This document shows, piece by piece, positions 15,243-27,030 of a stretch of 64,000 nt of DNA. The position numbers and the translations under genes are program-made. The notes beneath the pieces were generated by a model. The model was not told the DNA's origin, searched no databases, and was given only the letters and a program-made list of their open reading frames with translations. How positions within the stretch are numbered: the stretch's first letter is position 1; every line of letters begins with the position of its first letter. The DNA comes from Octopus vulgaris (Eukaryota): the NCBI GenBank assembly GCA_951406725.2, contig OX597815.1, forward strand, positions 112,406,001-112,470,000, given 5' to 3'.

Positions 15243-15502
15243 TAAGCGATAGTCTTTTTATTTACCTAAAACTATTCTATTATTCTATTTATTCATTTAT
15301 CTACTTTATCACTGATTCTTTTGACCACTCCCCTAGGAAAGACAGTTTGTGCCCTAGCCTACCCCAAAAAAGTCCCCCACCACCACCCCATTAAATCTGC
15401 CTAAATGTATAAATGCCAAAACTATTCTTGACACCAAGCTTCCTGATGATTTCATTTGAATGAAACAGTTCTAGTCCTGTAGAAGCTCCTTCTATAAAAT
15501 AA
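15243..15502 (+). mobile_element. Penelope-type pLTR-like repeat, right copy of the inverted pair
   Basis: Reverse complement of 11342-11590; ends in (TAAA)n/(AT)n. Confidence 0.75.
15437..15487 (+). ncRNA. Type I hammerhead ribozyme
   Basis: AGCTTC(15437-42)-CTGATGA(15443-49)-tTTCAttTGAAt-GAAAC(15462-66)AG-loop-CTGT-A(15481)-GAAGCT(15482-87). Stem I is a perfect 6 bp and stem III is 4 bp. Confidence 0.82.
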
Positions 15503-15510
15503 ATAAATAA

Positions 15511-15574
<64 letters not shown>

Positions 15575-15613
15575 GTATGTATATATGTATATATATATAT
15601 GTATGTATGTATA

Positions 15614-15657
<44 letters not shown>

Positions 15658-15799
15658 TTATATATATGTATGTGTATATATATACAGACAAACAGACAGA
15701 AACAGAGACAGAGAGAGAAAAGCCCGTAGCGTATTATATATACATTATAATGATATTTGCTTGAGGAATTTTTTTTGAATGAGTTAGCTCTAAATTTTT

Positions 15800-16035
15800 T
15801 TAACGATGATTATGTATAGTTGTATATTTAAGAGATGAGGAATTATGTTCATTTACATTTGACGGATGTGTGTCCTCATTGTGTTTGTTGCTTACACAAC
15901 GCTTCGGGTGAGATACCCTCCACCCTTCAACAGGTGTCTTGGGGAAATTTGGAACCTGGGTTATCAGCCGAAACGTTGTGTTTGCAACGAACAAGATGAG
16001 TATAAATATCAGTCAAATGTAAATAATGTAAATGA
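15800..16035. mobile_element. Fold-back pair of PLE-like pLTR fragments with degenerate hammerhead
   Basis: ~15843-15915 is inverted relative to ~15962-16033. Minus-strand core ACAC-CTGTTGA-aGGGTG..CACCC-GAAGC-GTT-GTGT (15894-15937). Plus-strand half CAGCC-GAAAC-GTT-GTGT (15965-15981). Confidence 0.65.
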
Positions 16036-16049
16036 TTATGGATTAATAA

Positions 16050-16225
16050 AGCACTGAGTCTGCAGAATATTTTGTGTCGGTAAAATACATTGCGGTATTT
16101 CTTCAAGCCTCCTACATTGAGAGTACAATTTCCACTATCATCAGCTTTGATTTTCATCTTTTCACCGTCCGTAAAATATAGTACTAGTCTAAGTACTCGA
16201 TGATATTGATTTATAACTACTGGCT
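16050..16225 (+). mobile_element. Decayed SINE (family with gagttcaaattcc..gactttgcctttcat..ataaaataagtac core)
   Basis: Loose similarity to copies at 39478-39690, 43241-43365 and 56585-56735. Confidence 0.45.
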
Positions 16226-16379
16226 TTCGTAACTGGTTGTCTGATACTTAATTTGGAAATGATTATGGCATATCAATAAAATAAATAACCTACAGAAATA
16301 TTGCTACAATTGATATTGGCTAGTATAACTTTTAATTCAAGTGTGCCAGTTTTTTTCTAAATGAATTGTCATGATAATG

Positions 16380-17330
16380 TTGCTCACAAAATATTCAAAA
16401 TAGTTCCGTTCGTGTTTTACGATTACCCAATGTGTACAGAGTTTGCAAATTCTCTCTCAATTTATTTAATTCCCATATATGGCCTAATATTCTCTATGGG
16501 ATTCAGATTTGAATTCTCACCAAGAACATAATTTCCTGGATGGTTTTCTCCAAATATTACTTTGCCTTTTTTGTTATTGCAAAAACCAGACACTAAGACA
16601 TCAATTCCTTCTTTCCTTCTGTTTTGCTATTTTTTCCAAGAATTATTTTTTCAATCTCGGAAGGAATCCTATTTGCATCAGATTTAGCTGATATTAATTG
16701 ACTGAACGCATCTTTTAAGCTCACCATCATCAGCAAATGAAAATGTATTTACAGTCATGATGTCATTTACTTTACACTTCAAAACGATTAAAAACAATTA
16801 GGGTGAAATCTCTAGTTATTTAAATGGATCATCTTGGCACACCATCTTAACAAAGATTGAATCTTAGTACATCAATCCAGAGAATGAGTTGATATCGGTT
16901 TAAATCACTATTACTATACTTGCCCACAAATGAAAATAAGATCCTTAATGTTGTTCTTGCTTAGCAGAAACGTTCTTTTACATTATTTTACATGCAACAC
17001 CAACGTCTCTTTCAAACTTTTCATCACGATTCTCTTAAAAACACTCTTGGTGACTTAAATTTTATCTACCTTTTTCTTTCTTTCTCGAACAACTAAGAAT
17101 TTCAATTTTCTAATCGTGCTTATGTTAGTTGTACATCAACCAGTCATTCCTTCATGCAAGTAAAACCATATTTCTGGTACTGATGACATATCGTTTTGAA
17201 GTTAAGCAAACAGTGGGGATTTGCGTCTTACATTACTTGTGGACTTCAGAATATGTTGTGATTGCCCCACGAAAAATCATAATTTTCTTTATTTATCAAC
17301 ATCAAAATTGATTTTCTTTAAAGGCACATC
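16380..17330 (-). mobile_element. Highly decayed Tc1-like transposase relic
   Basis: NSNLNPIENI at 16486-16515 (minus) resembles the Tc1 SPDLNPIEN motif; FSFADD-like segment near 16730-16745. Boundaries are uncertain. Confidence 0.4.
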
Positions 17331-19639
17331 TAACTGAAAATAAAAGAACATCTTAATCTAACTTTCAGACTTGCAATTTAGGTTAATTACATCTAACTTT
17401 TAGTTTAGATATATTAGAAGAAAAAAAATCCCCGTACAATTTCATTTCACAGAAAGCCTAAAATACACTTCTTAACCTTTTAAATACATGACTAAAACAT
17501 TTCAGAATAAGAATAATTTAAAGCAACTTTATCATACATTTCCTGTACGCACAATTTTATCGTTTCTGCCTTAATTGAGATAGCCTTAAGGATAAAGGTT
17601 GCAAATCTGAAAAACTTTCAATTCAATTTTACTTAATATAATTCTATATGCAACTCTGTGAAGCACATTTTTCTCCCAGCAAATGTTTTTAAATTCGTGC
17701 AGAGGAATGCATTGTTGCATTTGTAGCGAATACGTTATTAAGATACAATATGTTCTCTGCGCCAAATTTACATAAATATTTAACTGATTTTTGTTGCCAG
17801 GATATGTGTGTGTGGAGTATTTGTGTGTGTAAGCATTTAAGTTTCTGTTCTTTTTTATCTGGGCCTGGAGGAAGTGCAGGAATCCTCTATTAAACCAGTG
17901 CGATTGAAGTAATTAATGTTCCTGTAGTATTTCTGTAAGTTACAAAATCAGGGAAAGGTGTCAGCAGAGGGAGAATACCAGCAAGTCGACGATAGGGAAC
18001 GAGCCAGTCGTAAAGATTAGTGCGGTACTTGAACACAACACGAATGATTGCAAAAAGACAGAGGAGTAAGGGGGGATTATCTTAGTGGAGATAGCATGAA
18101 CCCATTTAACTCCAAATAAAACAAAAATCCTTTGTAGTCGCGTTATAAAATGTAGAGGGCGGAAATGCTACACATATGGGACAGAGTCTGGAATATTTCT
18201 ATGAGGGATTTATTGTAATCAGTTTGCCGGCTCTTTTCTGTCGGTGAAAAAAGAGCAGCATCACTGTTCCATATGAGGAAGCAATTCTTTCTTGTAGTAA
18301 TTCCTTGATTTTAGCAGAATATCAATAAATGTTGGGGTTTAACCTATCTTCTGCCACTGAAGAGAAAACGATCTTAGCCGAGCTGCGACGATAATTTCTT
18401 GATAAGAATAACGTTTCTTTACTTGCTGTTGAAAGGGAGACATTTGGCATATCCTCTTTGAAGAACACTTTAAAACACATGAGAATGTTCCTAAACATTT
18501 TTAAAATAATTTTTCTCGTGTATTTCTCCTTTTTTAACATGTTTCTGCACGAATTGTGCACGGTATGCTATACAAGCCCGTCCTAAAACCGCACTTTCCG
18601 AGCGTAAAACTTGAAGAATTTCAATATAACTCCTGTTGTCATTAAATGTGTATACGTATGTATAAATGTGTGTATGTAATATTTATTTGTTGGATAAGTA
18701 GATACTAATGAGATTGCATAATCACTGCGTATATTGACAAAGCTCTTTCTGTTCTTGACTCTGTCAACTATCGTGCGCACTGAAAATTCATAATGCCTCT
18801 ACACATTATTCTTTCAACATGAATGGCCTAGAGGCCTTCACATTCAACAACAACGTTTGTTAGGCAGACGACACTTCCCTTCATTCCACTGTGATATTCT
18901 CTCTAGGTATGCATTATCCAATCAAACCTAGAAAGCACGCGCCAAATACACAGTCATCCATAAACATAGAAATCGAAAGCGTCGTATATTAGGTAAATGT
19001 CAGCCTTGTTTCTTTGAACTGATAAAACAGAATGCACCCAGACGGACAACTTATGATAAAAACGTATGAGGTTTTTAAAAGAAAGGACACAGTATTTCCT
19101 TATGCTACAATAATATACTGCCAAGTATATTAAAAGTTTACAAGTGAATATTGTGCTTTATTTTGTGTTAGCAGTACGGTCGTAACTTTCAGTGCTGGTT
19201 ATTAATTCTCAAAACATCTGTACAGATAAACTTTAAAATGTAATAATATTAGCATTCCCTTTCTTGTGGTTGAAAGCAACAGCTTTAGTACACCTCTGTC
19301 GGAGGACGCCTCCGAAAGCAATTCTTAACGTTTTACCTCATTGATCACGTATTTCTTCTCAAAGAAGCCCTGTTATATGAACTTGAATGAATGCCGGCCG
19401 GGTCGTTCATGGTACGCTACACAAGGCCATTTGGATACTGCACTTCCAGGGTATAAAACATGAAGTATCTCACGTGTAACTTCTGTATTCATAAACTGAT
19501 ATTTCCCACTCGCTGACCTGAGCTTCTTATTTTTCCTGATGAAATCAATAAGCGAACAGTACACTACATAACTTCCGGTACGTGGATTTACATCACAAAT
19601 TGATACGGACTTACACCCCATATACTTGAAAATTGGCCA

Positions 19640-21060
19640 CAGGTTAAGGCTTCGAAATGTTAAATAAACAAAATTTAGAAATGGAATTATACCACAACGA
19701 ATACTTTATGAAGTATATACCTACACCACCTAATGATCTATATATTAGGATACTGCAAGATTATGTCGAAGACCTCGAGAAAGGAGTGCGCTGCAAGGCT
19801 CTACATTTTGATGCGGAGATGACACTTATCGCTAAAAGATGCCATGACTGAAAGACATAGAGTAAATGATTTTGCTCCCTTTCAAACCGATCTGTTAGGT
19901 AAGGCTACCAACATTAAATCCCATGAGCAATGTAACCCTTTTCATTTTAAAAGTAAAACTGATATTAGAACCTTCAAAAGCGTACAAAATTAAAATATTG
20001 GTTATTTCCCATAAGGTTAATGATAACTGTTACGATGTTAGAAATGGAAAATAGGATAAGCTGGTTGTTGAAAGTATTTCTAATGAATATATATGAAAGG
20101 ATGGTCGCTAATAAAGATCGCTATGCTGAGGCTAAAACTCCTAGCAAAGTATAGTAAAATGGATGTTTGAGGTAGAACGTTTAGCTAAATGTAAAGACGT
20201 TGTAACATTAAAGAATCACACACACCCCTTTACAAGCATGCCAATCTGCAGAATTATAAAGCCCAGCCCGCTGAGATCGAGCTAAGATGATTACCCAAAG
20301 AATAAGAAGCATTAATTATTGAGTTATTTATGAGTTGAAAACTAACACACTATAGAGGGTAAGTCTAAGCTAAGTTCACGTATTTTGATATTTCTCGCAA
20401 AACCATTACTGGATAAAGCAATGTAGTTCCTCAGAAAATATATCACCAATACTCAAATAAAAGTTGAGTTAATCATGCATGTACGTAGGCTCTCCGTTTT
20501 AGTAAGTATTCTGAAACATAAACTGTTTGACGTATCGATGATTTCATTTCACAGTGCTGATATAAGTGACATAAAACTTAGCAAAGATTTATAGTCGATA
20601 TGCTAAAAATCAAATTCCCCGTTCATGTTATTAGTTCATACCGAGTTATATATTAGAATTGTACAGTAGAATTTTTGGTCCATACAGTAGTTACCTTTAG
20701 GCAAAACCACATATATGTCTTTGGCCTTAGAAACCTTAAAGTCGTAGTAATTATAAATCCCACTGAAGTTTACTTCTTAAATGTTTCCCTGGACATAAAC
20801 TTTTATACTGAGAAGCCTTACAATAAACCAAATGAAAAACTTGGGTTCGTACACAGAGTGTCTTGATACACTAGATTTAATCTTTGAAAATCTTATAGCT
20901 TTCATTAATAGTAAGACTTTCGAACTGTCTTCCACTAAAGACATTTTAGATAAGGCAACGTCCTGCTACAATTGTGAACTAGTCTACAGAGGAATTAAAG
21001 AGAAGATATCGTACTCTCAGCAAAAACAAGAACTAAACCTAAAAATAGACCTGTTTAAGT
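19640..21060 (+). mobile_element. Decayed Penelope-like element ORF (N-terminus and RT)
   Basis: IPTPPND..LQDYVEDLEKGVR (19657-19851), H..FTSMPICRIIKP (~20215-20265), EVYFLNVSLD..KPYNKPN (20675-20866), then FELSSTKDILDKATSCY..L..G. These resemble PLE RT and thumb motifs; many stops. Confidence 0.6.
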
Positions 21061-21194
21061 ATTTGCTCTTGCTGAGTTGAATTCCTTTGTTTATCTTCAC
21101 AACAAGAAAACAGCATTCTATGCATACACAAACACACACACACATTTACACACACACGCGCACACACACATACACACACACATATATGTATTCA

Positions 21195-21410
21195 TACGAG
21201 GGAGTGCTAAAAAGTTCCTGGCTTTGAGTAAAAGAAAATAGAGGAGGATCAGTTAATTTTGATTTTCGTCAACACATTCTCCTCTAGGATTCACACGCTT
21301 ATTGCAACGTCCCATCATTTTCACTAAGCCCAGTAAAAGATCTTGGAAGTTCAGGCCTACAGCAAGGATTTTTGCGATACCCTTAAAGCCACGAACTCTT
21401 CAGCACACAC
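21195..21410. mobile_element. Mariner-type MITE
   Basis: Begins TACGAGGG-agTGCTaAAAAGTTCCTGGCTTT and ends AAAGCCAcGAACTcTTCAGCA (TIR-like). A second copy lies at 44359-44578. Confidence 0.7.
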
Positions 21411-21440
21411 ACCCAAATATTATCCATGTATATACACACA

Positions 21441-21464
21441 CAGATATAGAGATAGCTAGCTAGC

Positions 21465-21518
<54 letters not shown>

Positions 21519-21536
21519 CATACATACATACATACA
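21441..21536 (+). repeat. (GATA)n(CATA)n microsatellite
   Basis: Direct reading. Confidence 0.9.
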
Positions 21537-22090
21537 TGCGGTGGCTGCCCCCTCGTTATCGAGTATGGCCATTGCATAAAGCTTAATGTTGTTATCGTGC
21601 AATGCCTGTGCAAGAAGATTTTTTTAAGTAAGGAAGGGCTGTGCACTGAGTCAATCCCACTCACTAAGCAACATCAGCCATAATCCGAAAAGAAGAACAA
21701 ATCAACATCATCGGTAACCACTGAGCCGCAGGTTTTATGTCGGAGTTATCCCAGTTATCTGAGTTACCTTCTCCTAGAAGGATGCCCTAACAAAGGCTAG
21801 GAGTCCTTCACTCCCAATGGTTTAACCGCGCGTTCGGGTATTCAGTCCGATTATTTCTATGTCCCCGCGCATGATACATCCTTAAGACATTTATTGGATG
21901 GCCGTTGACTCTCAAGAGTTCCTCCGCCCTTTGACGGGTTTTGTTTTTCATCCCGGAGGGTGTCCAATAAACACCCTACCCACCAAGCAAGCTTGGTGGG
22001 GTTGCCGGTTCAGTCACCGACGACCCGACCATGCAACAGGTTGTACTGGGTTACCTGTTACCAGTAGCACTCGAAAGTGACCTGACATTA
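21537..22090 (-). mobile_element. Non-autonomous RTE-like element (structured 5' UTR joined to 3' end, no ORF)
   Basis: Minus strand has ctcctagcctttgttagggc..ctaggagaaggtaactc (resembles an RTE 5' UTR motif), several hairpins, a terminal CTCGataaCGAG hairpin and an (ATGT)n tail. Confidence 0.55.
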
Positions 22091-22493
22091 ACATACATAC
22101 ATACATAAATACGTATATACATGCATGCATATTTATACCTATGTATGTATATGAATGTATGCATATACAATAACCTGCGTTTGATGTACGTATGTTTGAA
22201 TGCATCTGTACATATGTATGCATGTATGTATGAATGATCGAAGATAAAGTAAGCAAAAGTAAATATACTACTTATCTGTGCTATAAAGTAGAGGCGAATT
22301 ATTATTGAGTCAGAAAAATATTAACAAATTTGTAAATTCGGGTTTCCTTGCCGCAAGCTATTCGTTTACGCCTGCAACGAAGTTGAAAATTTCGAATTCC
22401 AAAATAATTTCCGGGTAAATTCGGTTCTGAAACTGCCTCGTACCACTTCTGTCCAGGAAACTTAATACTTTACGTACGTATGCGTGTGGGTGG

Positions 22494-22565
<72 letters not shown>

Positions 22566-22566
22566 G

Positions 22567-22605
<39 letters not shown>

Positions 22606-22645
22606 GTCTCTCTGTCTGTCTGTTTGTCTATCTATCTATCTACCT
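22494..22645 (+). repeat. (TATC)n microsatellite
   Basis: Direct reading. Confidence 0.95.
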
Positions 22646-23290
22646 ATACACACACACACGCATATGTATATATATATATCTATATAAGTGTGTGTGTATG
22701 TGTGTGTATCTTGAGAAGGAGGTAGTCAGAATTTTGAATAATTGTTTATTAGCGCTTTCGTTCGTTTATCCAACTCTTCAAGACAAAATTGAAATGATAA
22801 AACAGAACGTCCTCTTATTTATTTATATGAATCGGATGTTTTTTGCTTTGTTTAGAAGAGGGGGAAAATATATTTTGGTCTTATTCTCTGGAAAAGGGGA
22901 AAGAGAGAAAGAAAAGTAAAAAGGGGGAAAATAGACAGAGAGAAAGGGTGGGTTTTCAGGACAATCAAGAAAGAGAAGTAGGTAAAATAAGGGATGGGGG
23001 AAGGATAGATAGATAAATAAATAGAGATGGAGAGAAAGAGGATTCCCTTCAATTTGATGTGGTCAACCACTGAAACTTCATTACAAAGCCTTTTTCTTTT
23101 TTCTCCTTTTTATCTCTTCTTCTTTCCCTTCTTATTGTATACTTAGCATATTTGTAAATAAACACCTTTCCTCACGAAGGGTTAGATAACCTTTCAGGAT
23201 ATCAATTTTAGCATATAAGATGCAAAGATAAGGAAAGGCCGGAGGTTGTGGTCATCACTAGAATAAAAATAAGATAAAAGTTATCCATGA

Positions 23291-23348
<58 letters not shown>

Positions 23349-23710
23349 TATATATACATATATATATATATATGCAATGAAAATGACCATCAAAATAAAG
23401 GGAAATTACTGTGTTACTGACCGTTATTCAGACAAAAGAGCTATTAGAATGACCGCTAGGTAAGGGGAGGGAGTAAAGGTAAGGGAGTAAAAATGTTCAT
23501 AGTAATCGCGTAAGTCCACATGTCCATGCATATACATGCGCGTCCGCACACTTACGAACATACGCCTGTATGTATATACTCATCCATCCTCAGTTGAAAC
23601 ACACATATGATCACCCACACATTCGCCAAAAATACATACATACCTGAATACATGCTCGCACACACACACACGCACACACACACTCACACACACACATACA
23701 CAACAAAGGT

Positions 23711-24370
23711 TCATACACACGCCTATATACGCACATGCACAAGAAAAACAGTCAAAATACAGAAAAAACAGGCAAAACAGAAAAATCTGTGAAAAAAGTG
23801 TAAGAAATAAGCAGTAAGAGTAAAACACGTCTATATATGCACATACTCGCATGCACGCACACACACACATCTAATATATGCACATACCCGCACACCTCTA
23901 TATGCGCACACACACATACACGCACACAAAAATAGTTTCATACACATATCTGTATACGCACATGCATAAAAAAAACAGGGCTAAAGGCAAAATACAGAAA
24001 AATGCGTGAAAAAAGTGTAAAAAATAAGCGCTAAGAGTAAAACACATCTATATATGCACATACTCGCATACGCGCACACACACGTCTAATATATGCACAT
24101 ACCCGCACACGTCTATATACGCACACACATACGCGCGCACCAAAAAAGATTCATACACACATCTATATACGCACATGCACAAGAAAAAACAGGACTAAAG
24201 GCAAAATACGGAAAATGTGTAAAAAAAAGTGTGAAAAAATGCGTAAAAATTAAGCAATAAGAGTAAAACATGTCTATATACGCACATACAGGTCTATATA
24301 CGCACATACCTGCACACAGGCACATATCCACACGCGCGCACAAAAATTCCATATACACGTCTATATATGC
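23711..24370 (+). repeat. Three diverged tandem copies of a ~215-bp unit
   Basis: Units begin TCATACACA at 23711, 23938 and 24151. Each carries ATACGCACATGCA..GAAAAAA..TAAGAGTAAAACA..TCTATATA. Confidence 0.85.
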
Positions 24371-24584
24371 TAAGGAAAAATTCAGGGTGGAAGGTAGAAT
24401 ACAGAAAAATTATGTGTAAACAAATTTATATGAGCATTGAAACTATAAACAAATATCTCTATAAATATGTAAAATATATACAGAAAATATATAAGAAATA
24501 TAAGTAAAAAATTAGAAAAAAAGAAGCTAGAATGTGGACACAATATAGAAAGCAGTTTTGTTAGTTCTTCGCTCAACTGACTAC

Positions 24585-25139
24585 ACATATAATAATCAAG
24601 CGAGTTGCAGTCTGAGGAGTTAGGTGACTAGATATTAGGGGTAATATGGTCGCAGAAATTGTCTGACAGCCATGACTGGGCTCTTCTTTTGGTATACCAT
24701 GGTGCAGAGTATTGTTGCCAAGCACAAGGTGTTCCAGCAACCACCCTCTTGAACCAGTGCAGTAATACCTCCTCATGGCACTTAATGTAAGACCCCGTGT
24801 TGAGTGTGAAGCCGTGTGGGAAGATGAAGGGAGGCATAACGTCGCCATCATTAATGATCACTGGATGTTTGATTTTTATCACTCTTGGTACATGTCATCA
24901 GATTAACACCAAGATACTCTGAAATGTTCATATTGGAGCTTTTGCCACGAATGCCAATCACTACAGCGTGCCATTCCCAAATTCTTGGCAGAGCGAATTG
25001 CATCATGGTGCTGTTTTTCTCACAGAAGGTGCCCAACTGACGCTACTATGCTGTGGAGGCAACAAAATAAAAAATATATAATGCGCATGCGCGAAATTGA
25101 GCATATAAATTGGTGACAATTTATCCATTGCACCCTGTA
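24585..25139 (-). mobile_element. Tc1/mariner-superfamily (maT/DD37D-like) transposon relic with one TIR
   Basis: ORF 24628-24882 (DGDVMPPFIFP..WQQYSAPWYT..QSWLSDNF) continues SPNSSDCNSLDYY. The minus-strand terminus TACAGGGTGC lies at 25130-25139. Confidence 0.8.
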
Positions 25140-25180
25140 TATATGTGTGTGTGTGTGTGCATGTTTGTGTGTGTGTGAAA

Positions 25181-25546
25181 GAAGAAAATGGAGATTGGGA
25201 AATTAATAATTGTTTATTACAATCAGCGAATTAGCGATCTTCCCTTACAGCCGTATCTATTAAAACTCAGTAAACAATAAATTCACATTTATGCCACATC
25301 AGAGGAAAAGAGATGTTCCTTTGGATGCTTTCTGTGTGTTTGTGAATTCATTTCTGCTAAAATGAATTCACAAGCACACAGAAACCATCCATAGGAACAT
25401 CTTGTTTTCCTCTGATGGTATTATGCTCACGTTACATAAATATGAATTTAATGTTTACTAAGTATTAGTAGAAACGGCTGTAAGAGAAGATCACCAAATT
25501 GCTGTTAATAACAAAGAATTATTAATTTCTCAATCTCCATTTTCTT
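25181..25546. repeat. Diverged ~175-bp-arm fold-back with relic hammerheads
   Basis: Arms 25181-25353 and 25360-25546 with a 6-nt loop. The right arm reads ttttcct-CTGATGG(25412-18)...GAAAC(25471-75)-GGCT-GTA-agagaag; a mirror copy lies on the minus strand. Confidence 0.85.
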
Positions 25547-25688
25547 TTTCTTTTATATGAATATGAACTATATAGTTTTATATACACCTGTTATTTTAAG
25601 AAAATTCATTCCCAAAACATACTAGGTATTGAACTAGTATTTACTTGGATAAAACCATCCTTTCCTTAGGTTAACAGAACCTGTAATT

Positions 25689-25752
<64 letters not shown>

Positions 25753-26103
25753 AGTATGTGTGTGTGTGTGTATGTGAAGAATTTTGAAAAAGGAACACAC
25801 GTGTTGATATGCATAAGGAAAATATGACAAGGTAGAAAATGCTAAAATAATTTTATCATGAAAAACATTTTAATACCGGTTTGTATTGTTTCAATTACAT
25901 TGTGGAAAAATTAAGTGAAATGGTTTTTTATAATATTTCCGTAGTTTTCAAATCCAAGGGACATTTTCCACTTCTCTAACTCTGTTTTGTTCTTGTGAAG
26001 GTTTGGCAGTATGTAGTAGGTAGTAGCAGTCCTAAAAGAATATTTGATATATAAGTTCTTGATTTTGATTGTTTAAACAGCACTAGCCGAGGAAGGAGGC
26101 GGT

Positions 26104-26237
26104 GAAGAAGAAGAAGGAGAAGAAGAAGAAGAAGAAGAAGAAGAAGAAGAAGACGAAGAAGAAGAAGAAGAAGAAGAAGAAGAAGAAGAAGAAGACGAAG
26201 AAGACGAAGAAGAAGAAGAAAAAGAAGAAGAAGAAGA
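26104..26237 (+). repeat. (GAA)n microsatellite
   Basis: Direct reading. Confidence 0.95.
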
Positions 26238-26319
26238 GTGAGTTAGCCACTTAACACTTCAACGTACTTCGACGGGAATATGTGACGTGACAGATTTTAT
26301 GTGCTTCGGTTGACGCTGA

Positions 26320-27030
26320 AAATAAGGAACCAACACGAACATTATTGACACATCAAGAATTTTACATTTTAAAAAAGCCAAGAAAGTGGCGTATAGCTGC
26401 AAGAAGATATTCCTTGTGTATTGAAAGCAAGGTCTAACGGAACGCGTATGCCACAAATAGTTTTCAAGATTTCAATCGGGAAATTTTTCTATTCAAGACA
26501 CCCTCAATGTGGCCGGTCATCTGAGATTAACAGCGAAGCTAACCACCATAATTCGACCAGGATGATCGCAGATTTACTCTATATATCCAAATCGAGTGTT
26601 GAAAGCCATCTGCATCAACTTGATTACGTCAGCAGGCTTGATGTTTGGGTCCCATATATATTGTTTGAGGCTAACCTAACCCAACCCAAAGTATTTCTAC
26701 CTGCAATTCATTGCAGAAAAGGAAAGAAAGCAATTCTGGCTTCAAAGGAACGATAACAAAGGACACAAAATGGATCGTCTACATAAATATTAAGCGCAGA
26801 ATATAATGGGGGGGGGGGGACGCGAAGAGCTACCAGAAACAACTTCCAAAGCAGGACTTAACTCGAAGAAAGTTAGAGTCGGGAAGGGGTTGTCTTTTAC
26901 AAGTTTCTTTCCACCACGGAACCATCAGTTAAGATGTGTATTTTGACCAGCTGGAAGAATTAAACACAATGATCCACCTGAAGCATTTAGCGTAAGGGCA
27001 TAGTCTTTCTTTACGAAAATACTACAGTGA
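26320..27030 (+). mobile_element. Mariner transposase relic
   Basis: ORF 26421-26756 has CGRSSEI..STRMIADLLYISKSSVESHLHQLDYVSRLDVWVPY (HTH + WVPHxL). Downstream TITKDTKWIVY resembles ITGDEKW. Confidence 0.8.

Noticed and set aside
18322-18780. Short minus-strand ORFs as possible host exons
   Set aside because: No recognisable domain or convincing splice context.
23711-24370. CRISPR-like periodicity
   Set aside because: Eukaryotic context; whole units are homologous with no unique spacers and no cas genes.
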